Part shown: positions 46,865 through 56,742 of the stretch, piece after piece
How the letters are laid out: every line of letters starts with the position of its first letter
Numbering within the stretch: the stretch's first letter is position 1
From: a virus
Reading direction: 5' to 3' (one strand)
Length of the DNA: 64,000 nucleotides
IMG/VR virus record: IMGVR_UViG_3300045522_000058
Position numbers and translations under genes: made by a program
Notes under the pieces: generated by a model
The model's input: the letters and a program-made list of their open reading frames with translations, nothing else
The model's database searches: none
What the model was told of the DNA's origin: nothing

Positions 46865-47394
46865 CGCCTGGAGAACTTGAGAGCGCTGGTGAAAAACTTT
46901 TCGGTGAAAACTGGAAAGGATTGATCACTGACGCTCTTGGGATCGATGCGTCGACAAGATGGCGTATGCTTCAAAGAGGTAAGATTCCAGGCCCTGTTGC
47001 CGCAGCAGTTTCTTCATGGCTGGTGTTGCACGGAGCCTTCGGGATTTTGCCACCAATCCAGCCACGGGGACATTTTCGAGCTAGTGACGGTAGCGCTCTG
47101 ACACATTCTGCGAATGATGAGGGTTTGGACATTGGGCAAATGGCCGAATACGTTTTCGGCGAACATTGGAAAACGGCCTTGTCTGATCATCTAGGGGTAA
47201 ACTACTCGACCCTTTGGCGACAGATGGAGGCTGGAGAATACCCTGCCCCCGTAATTGTTGCCCTTAGGGCATGGAAGCTGCTTCGTGATCTTGATCTGTC
47301 AGTTCCAAGTCAGGAACTGAAGACTGTATCGACAGAAAACCAAGCATCTTCAAAAAAATCCAAATCTTCAAAATATGCAAAGTTGGTGAAGTGA
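46861..47394 (+). CDS. Tandem helix-turn-helix protein, putative regulator
   Basis: Two internal repeats, LFGENWKGLITDALGIDASTRWRM...IPGPV and VFGEHWKTALSDHLGVNYSTLWRQ...YPAPV. Confidence 0.7.
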   Translation: MTPGELESAGEKLFGENWKGLITDALGIDASTRWRMLQRGKIPGPVAAAVSSWLVLHGAFGILPPIQPRGHFRASDGSALTHSANDEGLDIGQMAEYVFGEHWKTALSDHLGVNYSTLWRQMEAGEYPAPVIVALRAWKLLRDLDLSVPSQELKTVSTENQASSKKSKSSKYAKLVK

Positions 47395-47512
47395 TGGATA
47401 GTCGGATCGTTTGAACTTTCAGTTCAGGCCTGTGGGTTAAAAAGACGGTCTCATAACCTCCTGACTTGCTACTATTTCTAATAAACTGAACTAGCTTTTC
47501 AGGACGCTTGAT

Positions 47513-49315
47513 ATGAATATTTTTAAAACCTCCATCGAAGATGCTCGTTTGCATACATCTCGCACGATAAGTTTTGACGGCATCACACTTTACATGTCAA
47601 CAAACTCAGAAAAACATACGCCGGATACAACATTGGTTCGTGTAGGTGAAAACGGAACTGTAAAGGTGTGGGGGTCGAGAGCTACGCTGGGAGACAACAG
47701 ACGTGAACAAGCCTCTGCCATCAACAAGTATCTGGAAAGCTTGCGAAGCTTTGATTTTGATAATGGCGCAGAACTTCCTCTCATATCATCGCGAATACCT
47801 GGTCAACACTGGCGTAAATGGAGCGACAACAGGAATATGGAGTTTCTGACAGACAAGTTACATAAATCTTCAGAAACTATAGATGCTTATGAAAAAATTA
47901 TGTCTGTGCTAAATGCTGAAGTTGTTAAAGCTATTGGATCTATGAAGCATAATTCACCAGCAGTCAGCGGTTACAATATTATGATCGAAAACCCTGATTT
48001 TTCACGATCTGTAATCGACCTATATAATAGGCACCCATGGTTGTCGTTTCACGTTGATGAAAGAATGCTATTTATTGGATTAAATACCAGAAACCATCGA
48101 TGGGAAGTTGTTTTCAATCGACATCCGGATGATGCTGTTCGCTATATGATTGAAAACGATTTAACGTACATAGAACGTGAAAGTACCGCCTTCGAGAGAG
48201 GCGGAGAATGCTTCACCGCAGGTGTGCGAGCAATGGTCAACGTTCCTTCCCTATCGTTCTCTTCACCAGAAATCGCAGGAAATTATATTCGGTTTATGTC
48301 TTCAATTCCGATTTCATGGGCGAAGGATTGGTGTAAGCCAGAGAATTTGAAAACCGCAATTGACGTAATGCATGTAGTCACGAAACTTACGGTTTCGAAT
48401 TCACCGGATAGTGTGACACGATTGCTAGCCGGGAGCCGTGGTAACATCAATCATGTTGCTAGCATTCTAGGCAAACACGCCGAGATTAAGGATGCAGGCA
48501 TCGATTTACGTGATTGTATCACGTCATTTAAAACGGATGTCATTAATCCGTTGCTGAGGTCGGCTTTCGAAGGAAGTCGAATGCATTTGAATATGCAGAA
48601 GAACATTGGAGACGAACTCACCTGTCGCATGCTTGGATTCGAGGGGCTTGGACGACTGGTTGAGATATCCGAAAAGTGGCATCGCATGGAAGAAGATATC
48701 CGTCTTAGAAAAAATGCGGGTATGGCGAGTGCTTCATGGCCACCGATAGCTGAGAATTACAAGGCATCAAATGGATTGATGATTATTCCATTATCGACAT
48801 CAAAAGAGTTATCCGATGAGGGATCAAGCCAACGTGACGATAATGGAATTTTTGGACTGAACCATTGTGTAGGAAACTACGATGCACGCTGTAAAACCGG
48901 GCATTCTCATATTCTTTCTGTGAGAAAAAGGAGCGGTCGTCAGTGGGAGCGAGTTTCAACGGTAGAATATGCTTTGAATGTCAAGAATGAGGTCTATCTA
49001 ACGGAGCGGCAACATCGAGCATATGGAAATGCGAGACCTCCAGCTGAAGCAATGTTGGCTGTGTCAGAATGGTCAAAGCTCGTACGCGATAAAAAGATTT
49101 CGCTCAACATTGATGAAGTCGTTCGTAATATGAACGAAAATGCTATGGAAAGTCCAATCGATCCGATGAAGAAGCTGGAACGCGGTTTGCGGGCTTGGCA
49201 TCCTTTATTAAAGCGCGAATTTAGGGATATGACTGCCGAGGATCTCGTGATGCACGCTTTTGAATTCGACGAAAGAGCATGCAGGAATAACGGAAATATT
49301 CGCAAAATTGGATAA
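47513..49315 (+). CDS. PcfJ-domain protein
   Basis: SEKWH, PLSTSKELSDEG, LNHCVGNY, ILSVR, STVE and QHRAYGN..P. Confidence 0.8.
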   Translation: MNIFKTSIEDARLHTSRTISFDGITLYMSTNSEKHTPDTTLVRVGENGTVKVWGSRATLGDNRREQASAINKYLESLRSFDFDNGAELPLISSRIPGQHWRKWSDNRNMEFLTDKLHKSSETIDAYEKIMSVLNAEVVKAIGSMKHNSPAVSGYNIMIENPDFSRSVIDLYNRHPWLSFHVDERMLFIGLNTRNHRWEVVFNRHPDDAVRYMIENDLTYIERESTAFERGGECFTAGVRAMVNVPSLSFSSPEIAGNYIRFMSSIPISWAKDWCKPENLKTAIDVMHVVTKLTVSNSPDSVTRLLAGSRGNINHVASILGKHAEIKDAGIDLRDCITSFKTDVINPLLRSAFEGSRMHLNMQKNIGDELTCRMLGFEGLGRLVEISEKWHRMEEDIRLRKNAGMASASWPPIAENYKASNGLMIIPLSTSKELSDEGSSQRDDNGIFGLNHCVGNYDARCKTGHSHILSVRKRSGRQWERVSTVEYALNVKNEVYLTERQHRAYGNARPPAEAMLAVSEWSKLVRDKKISLNIDEVVRNMNENAMESPIDPMKKLERGLRAWHPLLKREFRDMTAEDLVMHAFEFDERACRNNGNIRKIG

Positions 49316-49671
49316 AATCATTCTATATATCTGAGGATTGAGTCTAAGCGGCCAATTTCTAAAGTGAATGGGTAGCCGTAAAATGCGAGCCAATAATTAT
49401 TGCTTCTGCACCGCCTTTTTTAAAGCCGCAGATGATAAATCATTTAACTGGGAGATCGTAAATCTCTGCATATATCCCGTTTGGCCTAGTCGGAGATATT
49501 AATTTACACCAATTAGGCTTAATTAAATAAACAATAATGGATAATATGGGATATTTTTTGAAAAGCAGGTTTATTTAAAGGAAAATATGTTGACGCAATC
49601 GAATATTAATGGCAATAAAACCGCGAATTAAAGGCGAACCAAAGCGGTCGCAAACAAGGAGAGCATTAATA

Positions 49672-51264
49672 ATGTCGAATTCGCAGGTTGATTTTGGTAC
49701 GGTTTCCACTCTAGCTCGTGATCTTTTTGGTTCGAAAAATAAAAATGAGCTCAAAAACAGTGTTGCTGTTGTGGATGTTAATGTCTCGGTTAATGTCGGG
49801 CGGGCTGTTTTGCAGCGAGCGATGGATTTCAAGACAAAGCACGATGCTATTTTTGAAGCCGTTGCGAATGCTTATGAAGCCTACGATCTCGGCGAAGCTG
49901 CCAAAGTTGACGTGAATATCACGCTTGGCAAAAATGGCATGGTAACCATTACCGACTATGCACGTGGTATGGATCGTTCTGATCTCAATCGTTTTTTCTC
50001 TCTGCATGCTGAAACAAAGCGTCGCGTCGGCGGTCGAAATCTACGTGGATACAACGGCACGGGCAAGGTTGCCCCTCTCGTTGTCGGTCGCAATATGCGC
50101 GTTGATACCGTTCGAAATGGTTTCCGCAACGCATTTATTCTGACCCTGGATGAAATCGAGCGGTCGGCCAGCACGGATACGAATGTCAACCTCAAGGAAG
50201 CTGTTCGTCAGGAAGCGACGAATGAAGGCAATGGCACCACAATTACCATTTCCAAGTTGCATACAGGTTTTGCTGCTGAGGATATTCGCGATATTCGCGA
50301 AAAGATCGCCCTTGAAATGATGATGTGGATGAAGGGCGCAGAAGTTACCGTTAATGGCGAGGCTGTCGAAGCTCAGAAGGTGGTATTTGACGAACAGCAT
50401 GTTGTGACCTCGGCCTGTGGTAATTTCACTGCCAACATCATGTATCGTGCAGGTTCGCATCCTGAAGAGCTGGCATTTACCTATATTACCTGTGGCGCAA
50501 TTTTCGTTGCTCGTGAGAATTTCGGCAAGGAAGGCCATAAGTTCTCGAATAAGGTTCATGCCGTTATTTCGACCACGAATGAGTGGGCTGAAGAGCATTT
50601 CAATCATCGTCGTGAACGATTTGTTTCCGAAAGCCGCGATCTCAAACTCAAGACGTCTGATCCTAAAGGACGTGAGCTTCGTGACTTTGCAGTGAAGTCT
50701 GTTGGTGACTTCATGAAGAAGCTTGTTGAAGAAGAAGAACAGCGCCGCAAGGAAGAGGACAACAAGCTCCTGCGCGAATGGGAAAGCGATCTCAGCCGTT
50801 CGTTCTCTTCTATGTGGGACCTTGGTGGTAAGCGGGAACGTAATAAACAAGATGTTGATTGCGTAAAACCGAGAGGTCCACGCGAAATTACCGACAATCC
50901 TACAGAGCGTAAAACCAAGGTCAGCATCGTTTTCACCCACAATGAGGATAAGACTATCCCGTACGTGATTAATGACGAAGCGCGCTTTATCGAAATCAAT
51001 CTTAATCACGAGCATGCACGTTGCCTCCCTAAGGTTGAAGATGATCCAACGCGTCGCCAGGCTCTCATGGATGTCGCTATGGATGCCTTCGTTGAGCTTA
51101 AGACGAAGATGGCAATGGCCAAGGAATTCGAGAACGTCGCAACGACCGATCCGGTTGATTTTATGAAGCGCTATGCAGAATTTGGACGCATGCTGAAGGC
51201 TGAAATCAAGTCTCGTTTTGTCGAACGTTATCGCGCTTTCGCAACCATTCGTACGGCAGTCTAG
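49672..51264 (+). CDS. GHKL-family ATPase (HSP90/MORC-like N-terminal domain)
   Basis: AGGAG RBS before MSNSQ; IFEAVANAYEA, ITDYARGM, GYNGTGK and GTTITI; C-terminal IEINLNH. Confidence 0.8.
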   Translation: MSNSQVDFGTVSTLARDLFGSKNKNELKNSVAVVDVNVSVNVGRAVLQRAMDFKTKHDAIFEAVANAYEAYDLGEAAKVDVNITLGKNGMVTITDYARGMDRSDLNRFFSLHAETKRRVGGRNLRGYNGTGKVAPLVVGRNMRVDTVRNGFRNAFILTLDEIERSASTDTNVNLKEAVRQEATNEGNGTTITISKLHTGFAAEDIRDIREKIALEMMMWMKGAEVTVNGEAVEAQKVVFDEQHVVTSACGNFTANIMYRAGSHPEELAFTYITCGAIFVARENFGKEGHKFSNKVHAVISTTNEWAEEHFNHRRERFVSESRDLKLKTSDPKGRELRDFAVKSVGDFMKKLVEEEEQRRKEEDNKLLREWESDLSRSFSSMWDLGGKRERNKQDVDCVKPRGPREITDNPTERKTKVSIVFTHNEDKTIPYVINDEARFIEINLNHEHARCLPKVEDDPTRRQALMDVAMDAFVELKTKMAMAKEFENVATTDPVDFMKRYAEFGRMLKAEIKSRFVERYRAFATIRTAV

Positions 51265-51346
51265 TCCTTTCCTCGGGACTGCTGTGCGCAGAGGCCCTCG
51301 TTCTCCTTGTCGAGGGCCTCTAACAATTTTCAACGACGAAAAGGTT

Positions 51347-52339
51347 ATGATCATGGAGAATAATACGAAGCTTCTTCCTGCAGATTTATTTAAAGCTGGT
51401 TTGTTCCGTACGTCATGGTTGCCTGAAGGCTTTGGCGCAGTGAATATGGTCTCTCTGGAGGACGGCTGGAGTGTCATTCTAGATCACAATACAGCTGCCG
51501 CAGAGGCCCTCTATCGTATCGCTGATGCTATCGACGTTATCATCCCATACGAAGACCTTGCTAAGGGCGTATTGAAGAATATTTTTCATAATGTTCCTTC
51601 GATGAAGGATGCATATGTTTCTTATCCTTCCTTCGAAACAATGAAGCATTTGGCTGAATTCGTCGGGATGGCCGTTGGCGATAAAACGTTTAATCCCAAC
51701 ACGATGACCGAAGTTCTTCCAATGACGGATGATGAAGAGCGTCTGCATGGTCTTCTCGTTGCTACTCTTGATGGCCATTGCGCAGCCGCTCGTCTGGTTC
51801 ATCAGTTTGGCTGGTCTGGTCGCCGTACTCAGTTCAACGATCATTTTCTTCCAACTGTCCCGTTCATTATCCATGACAAAAAGCAACCTGTTCGTCTTTT
51901 GGGCCATGTTCCGCATCCAAAGCTCCACAATGCGGATGATCAGGGACGGTTTGTTGGCATTGAAACATCTGAATCCGGCAATCGTTGTCTGCTTGAGTTT
52001 GTCGTCTCAGAACAGTCGGTTGAAGGCAATTCATTCAACGTATCTGTGGCTGCCAAGGAAGCAATCGCTGGTCGTTACACCGAAGTGAAATCCGGAATTG
52101 ATCTCTCGTTCTCGCTTGAGCGGAAGAACGCCCGTAAGTTCTCGGGCATGGGGCGTGTCGTTCGTAATCTATATCCGGATTACATGGCTGGCCAGACTGC
52201 ATGGGTTGTTCTGGATAAGGATGAAGGCAAGGCGCTGGTCGAACTGCATGAATCGAACGACTACGATGCTCGTGATCGCATGCGTGATATTCTGTCTCAT
52301 GGCATTGATAGCGCCAATCAAATGACAATGTCGATGTGA
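51347..52339 (+). CDS. Hypothetical protein downstream of the GHKL ATPase
   Basis: AAGG RBS; ends MTMSM; followed by terminator GCGAGGCA / TGCCTCGC-TTTT. Confidence 0.7.
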   Translation: MIMENNTKLLPADLFKAGLFRTSWLPEGFGAVNMVSLEDGWSVILDHNTAAAEALYRIADAIDVIIPYEDLAKGVLKNIFHNVPSMKDAYVSYPSFETMKHLAEFVGMAVGDKTFNPNTMTEVLPMTDDEERLHGLLVATLDGHCAAARLVHQFGWSGRRTQFNDHFLPTVPFIIHDKKQPVRLLGHVPHPKLHNADDQGRFVGIETSESGNRCLLEFVVSEQSVEGNSFNVSVAAKEAIAGRYTEVKSGIDLSFSLERKNARKFSGMGRVVRNLYPDYMAGQTAWVVLDKDEGKALVELHESNDYDARDRMRDILSHGIDSANQMTMSM

Positions 52340-52397
52340 CTTTGTTCAAAATATTAGAACTTTATGCGAGGCAATTGATATGCCTCGCTTTTTTGCT

Positions 52398-52796
52398 TTA
52401 AAGTCTCTCAAAACCAATCATGGCACAAACGAGTATTTGTTCATCGCTCACGATGATGTCGCCAACAGATGTGCTCCGAAGGCCATATTTGTTTCCGTCT
52501 TTTCCGATGTGAAAACTATCAGCTGCAGGCGTTAAATTGGCCGAGGGATTAAGGCTCCAGCTGTCGCTGAGAACGCCATTCTGGGTTGCGGTGTAAAGTT
52601 CTTCGTCATCGAGCGTTTCTGATGTAGCAACGAGTTCGTAAAGTTCACCTTCTTCGAAAATTGTTCGGATGAAATCCTTATGCTCGTCAGAAGAAATTTG
52701 AGAGATGATCTTGAAATGATCATCCTGATTTTTCGCTACCGATTTATCCCAGTTGAGATGATAAAGATGCTTCATGTTTGCCTCCAAGTTTTGCAA
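52398..52796 (-). CDS. YodL-like domain protein
   Basis: YELVA...LY..TQNG...RSTSVGDIIV...IGF. Confidence 0.55.
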   Translation of the reverse strand: MQNLEANMKHLYHLNWDKSVAKNQDDHFKIISQISSDEHKDFIRTIFEEGELYELVATSETLDDEELYTATQNGVLSDSWSLNPSANLTPAADSFHIGKDGNKYGLRSTSVGDIIVSDEQILVCAMIGFERL

Positions 52797-52831
52797 TATA
52801 GCTGGTTGTTGGAGATAGGCAAACAGGAGTT

Positions 52832-53398
52832 TTAAGGCTTAATCGCTGGTGAATGATCTAATTGGGTTATCACATTGTGTTCTCTAAGCGAAAGCCAGTA
52901 ATCCGAATTGTCGATGATAGAAAGAATATCGGATTTAATCGTGCGAAAAGGTCGTTGAGCGTCTCGCTCGATAAGAACTCCGCTAAATTCATAGAGATCG
53001 TAAAATATTGAGTTGTCGTCGGAGCTAGGTTTAAGGTTGAACTTCTTCAAAGGGTCGACCTGCAGACCTTCGATGGAAATCATGAAACTTTTATTCCAAC
53101 TCGAAATAAGCCTGCGTCCGATCATCCAGTCTGGATGGTTTGGACTGGAAAGATCTGCCGCTAGCCATTTTTGTAGTTCTTCCAAGGCAATGGCAGCGGT
53201 ATCTTTGTCGAGACAATAATCGGAACGTCCGATGTCAATCGGGAAGATGACGCCCAGCATGTCGACCATGCTGGAAGTCTGGAGATGAACAATATCTGTC
53301 TCGTATTTGAATTGTGACCAATTTGGCATGAGTTTTGAGACACCGACGACAAAGCTGGGTGATAGTGCGATGTAAAGCTTGCGGCCGACAAATTGCAT
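52832..53398 (-). CDS. Hypothetical protein
   Basis: 188-aa ORF; ends PAIKP. Confidence 0.6.
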   Translation of the reverse strand: MQFVGRKLYIALSPSFVVGVSKLMPNWSQFKYETDIVHLQTSSMVDMLGVIFPIDIGRSDYCLDKDTAAIALEELQKWLAADLSSPNHPDWMIGRRLISSWNKSFMISIEGLQVDPLKKFNLKPSSDDNSIFYDLYEFSGVLIERDAQRPFRTIKSDILSIIDNSDYWLSLREHNVITQLDHSPAIKP

Positions 53399-53478
53399 TT
53401 ATCAGTATCTCATTTATCAAAATAGGTTAAAGCTACGATTTAAAATATGACCCTAAGTAGAAGAATTTGCTGGGATGA

Positions 53479-53931
53479 TTAGTTTTGGCATGTAAAAATC
53501 GACTTCACCATAAGATCAAGATCGCTCCACACATAAAGGCCTGGCCGTTCAAGATTTCCCTGTACTTCGACGTCAAATCGTCGCTGATAATCGAGGTGCG
53601 TACCAACTACCAGTTTGCGATTTGAAACAAGAAACTTGCCGTATTCGAGCAGCGTTATCGGGCAAAGTGTCTCTTGCGGGAACCAGAAAAGGATAGTCTC
53701 AGATCGAGCAAGATGTTCATGCTCCCAGATGATCTGTTTTTGGGCTTCGTCTGCCTCATCGTCAATATTCCAGTCTTTACGGCGCGGATTGAAAATCGTG
53801 TAGTCCGTATTCGCAAGCAATTTTTCTGCGACGGGAGTTTGCCAGTCAGGGCAATTTGAGATGCCACCTGCGAGGAAAATAGTGTTCTTAGTTTTATGTG
53901 ACGTATTAGGGGACGTAATGAGACGATCCAT
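53479..53931 (-). CDS. Nucleoside 2-deoxyribosyltransferase-like protein
   Basis: IFLAGGI..CPDWQ, FNPRR, QIIWE and LCPITLLEYG. Confidence 0.85.
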   Translation of the reverse strand: MDRLITSPNTSHKTKNTIFLAGGISNCPDWQTPVAEKLLANTDYTIFNPRRKDWNIDDEADEAQKQIIWEHEHLARSETILFWFPQETLCPITLLEYGKFLVSNRKLVVGTHLDYQRRFDVEVQGNLERPGLYVWSDLDLMVKSIFTCQN

Positions 53932-53943
53932 TTGCGAAATCCT

Positions 53944-54750
53944 TTAGATCAGGCGCGTTGTCTGAACTTGTGTATTAGCGACGTTGTCGATGCGTTTTTG
54001 GATGCCGACCTTGCTTAATGCGGAGATCAGCTTTGGAATATCATTCTCGTCGACATTCAGATCGTTAAAGATCGCGTTCGCTTCCTCAAGGCTAAGGTCT
54101 TTGTATTTTTTGACATCAGCTGACATCTGCTTTTGAGCGTTGTTAAGCGCTACATAAGCTTTCGTGTCTTCTTCATCCTTGATTAGTTTCGCCTTGTAAT
54201 CAGAAATAAGAATTTCGTCGTCAGCCGTTAATGGGAGGACCTCAGTGACGTCTTCCCAATTCAAGACAATCCCGGTGCTGAAAATGCCGTATCGGTGGGC
54301 CATGATTTTGGCGTCTTTTAAATTTTTATCTGGATAAAGATAAAGCTGCGCTTCATTCACATTGTCATTATTAATTCGAGCGATGCCGACATACTCACCC
54401 GCTTCTGTCGCGACAGTTGTACGTGCATATTCGCCATCGAAAGGTCTGTCGGGGGACCATCCAAGAATCCATTTCTTAATAGTCCGCGAGTAAACGTTGT
54501 AATGATGAGAACTAAAACTGTCAAAATCATCGATGACATCATCATTGGTATCAATTTTCATGTTTCGAGCAAGCGTATGTGAGTCCAGATAGCCATGACG
54601 TGCGGCATTTCCTAGCGAACTGGCAAAAGCCTCCGCACCCGATGTTGTATTGAAATATTTTTGGGCAAAGAGATGGTCGTAATTATCTTCAACCCATTCT
54701 TCTGCTGCGATTTTACAAATTAGAACATCGTTTAATGTGGGGCGCTTCAT
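53944..54750 (-). CDS. Hypothetical protein
   Basis: AGGAG RBS; 268 aa. Confidence 0.7.
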   Translation of the reverse strand: MKRPTLNDVLICKIAAEEWVEDNYDHLFAQKYFNTTSGAEAFASSLGNAARHGYLDSHTLARNMKIDTNDDVIDDFDSFSSHHYNVYSRTIKKWILGWSPDRPFDGEYARTTVATEAGEYVGIARINNDNVNEAQLYLYPDKNLKDAKIMAHRYGIFSTGIVLNWEDVTEVLPLTADDEILISDYKAKLIKDEEDTKAYVALNNAQKQMSADVKKYKDLSLEEANAIFNDLNVDENDIPKLISALSKVGIQKRIDNVANTQVQTTRLI

Positions 54751-54810
54751 GATGGGTCTCCTTTTATGTTATTTTCTTGAAATAAAGGCATCCTGTCAAT
54801 ATTTATGGCG

Positions 54811-55710
54811 TTAATAAACGCGCGAATGTTTTCTCAAAAATGCTTCTCTAGCGGCTTTTGAAGCAAAACTGGCATTATATTCATCAATTGTGGGGGTGAA
54901 ATCAAAACAATAGTCCTTGTAATCCCATTTTGAAAACTTGCGGGCTGCGGGATGTGTTGCAATCATTGCTCGTTGACTATTTGCAAAAAAGACCTCCGCA
55001 TCCGACCGCAGGTACTTTTGGAAGTCTGTTCGCTCAACAATATGAATGTCGGATGTGAGTGATGGAGTAATTGGCATCGGGGCATCAACCACTCTGAGTA
55101 TGATGGTCGCTGCGATTTGTTGAAGCCTCTTCAAGAGTTCGAAAACATATTCATTTTCATATTCTGGTGCCAGATGGATGACGAAAAGTGGCATTGCGCG
55201 TTCTGCAATCCAAAGTTCTTCAGCAGTTTCTACAATCGCTTCGATTATGCGTTCTTCATCTCTCATCGTGTTAGTAGCAAAATTGCAATCATATTCAGCT
55301 ATAATTTTTTTACCTGATCGCATAGCAGATTTTATGCTTTCAATATGTGCCCTGAAGTTTCTATTCAGGGAATTTGGCTGGTAATTTTTCCGGCTATAAA
55401 CTCGGTTAGATAGGTGGAAAAGGTTTTCTCCAGACAGTATTAGATTGTCGTCTAGATTGAAACGTCCGGTATGCATGTAGCCGTCTCTTGGCGAGCGATT
55501 ATGACTGAATTCAATCGTATTTTTATCGATGAAATCAGCGGAAGAACATATATATCGCAAAAAATTCTGTAATGGGCTTTGAGTGCCAGAATCCAGTAGA
55601 ATGGATTTCCCATTTTTCAGCTCTTCAAAGATATCAAGTTCCCTTGCTTCAGGCGCTCTTACAACGCCGAAACAGTTTTTTGCAATCCATTCACGCATAT
55701 TCAGCCTCAT
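54811..55710 (-). CDS. Hypothetical protein
   Basis: GAGG RBS; 299 aa. Confidence 0.65.
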   Translation of the reverse strand: MRLNMREWIAKNCFGVVRAPEARELDIFEELKNGKSILLDSGTQSPLQNFLRYICSSADFIDKNTIEFSHNRSPRDGYMHTGRFNLDDNLILSGENLFHLSNRVYSRKNYQPNSLNRNFRAHIESIKSAMRSGKKIIAEYDCNFATNTMRDEERIIEAIVETAEELWIAERAMPLFVIHLAPEYENEYVFELLKRLQQIAATIILRVVDAPMPITPSLTSDIHIVERTDFQKYLRSDAEVFFANSQRAMIATHPAARKFSKWDYKDYCFDFTPTIDEYNASFASKAAREAFLRKHSRVY

Positions 55711-55769
55711 TTTCCTCTATGGATTAAATGTGGACGATTAATTCATTTCTCTCAAGGAAATTGTCGATA

Positions 55770-56387
55770 TTACATCGTTGGAACGACAGGTGGCAGTTCC
55801 CATTCACCGCGCAACGTGTCTTCGCAATTAAACTCTGGCGACACGTTCAGTAATGGTGATGATGCAAGTGAGTGCATAGCTGCTTTACAGGCAGTGAGAT
55901 GTTCATCTTTAAGGCCTTCGGACCAGACATCGCCCCAGTCGGCGCACCATCCACATTCACTCGTCGCGCCTTCGATATTGTCTTCATGCATAGCAGCTTC
56001 GATGATACGTGGATCGCAGACGAAAGAGACGACGTACTTCGACAAATCCGTAATCTCTTCGGTGATAATGGCAATCTCCTGCTCGTCCTGGCCGAAGCCG
56101 TCACCTGAGTAGGTCTTGTCCTCGTAGACAACCAGTTCGAAGTCCTGAGCCAGCTTTTCACGATCAAGAACGATAACGCCGCCCTCGCCCCAGTGACATG
56201 CGTACTCGATGAAGGTTTTGGCAACATCGAAGCTTTCAGTCGTACGCGGGCCATGGGGTTCGTTTGGTTTATTCCAATAGACGCCTTCGCAAAGTACGTC
56301 AGTATGGGCTATGTTGGCGAGTGCATAGATGCTAGTGCCGTGAAAAAGATATTTTGAATTCATATAACTTCGCCTTTTGTTTCCCAT
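55770..56387 (-). CDS. ADP-ribosyltransferase-fold protein, putative
   Basis: YLFHGTS...L..I....L...RTTESFDVAKTF...VIVLDREKL...EQEI. Confidence 0.5.
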   Translation of the reverse strand: MGNKRRSYMNSKYLFHGTSIYALANIAHTDVLCEGVYWNKPNEPHGPRTTESFDVAKTFIEYACHWGEGGVIVLDREKLAQDFELVVYEDKTYSGDGFGQDEQEIAIITEEITDLSKYVVSFVCDPRIIEAAMHEDNIEGATSECGWCADWGDVWSEGLKDEHLTACKAAMHSLASSPLLNVSPEFNCEDTLRGEWELPPVVPTM

Positions 56388-56540
56388 TAATTACGAAAAA
56401 TTTCGAAAGAAACAATGAATAACAAGATTCGTTTGTCCAAAATTATGTACATAGAGTGGCCATTCGACTAAAATATTGTACGTGATTATTGACAGAAATA
56501 ATCGAAATATATAGATGAAAGCTAATTAAAAGGATTTAAA

Positions 56541-56705
56541 ATGGCAAAAGATATTGAGAAGCAAGCCCGTCTCATCGAGAGCCTGGTTGGAACAATGACT
56601 AATAATATGTGGTCGGATGAAGTCCTGACGCGCTGCCGACAAATTAGGCAGGCTGTTGACGAAATTGAGAAGAGCGCTCGCAAAAGCGAATTTGGCGAGC
56701 GCTAA
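56541..56705 (+). CDS. Small hypothetical protein (54 aa, not in the ORF track)
   Basis: TTGACA upstream and AAGGA RBS; MAKDIEKQARLIESL...KSEFGER then stop. Confidence 0.6.
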   Translation: MAKDIEKQARLIESLVGTMTNNMWSDEVLTRCRQIRQAVDEIEKSARKSEFGER

Positions 56706-56742
56706 TCCAAGGCATTCAGGATTTGGTCGTTTTCAGGTGTCG

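Noticed and set aside
50041-51477. 478-aa minus-strand ORF
   Set aside because: It is antisense to the motif-supported GHKL ATPase and has no recognisable motifs, so it is a shadow ORF from codon bias.
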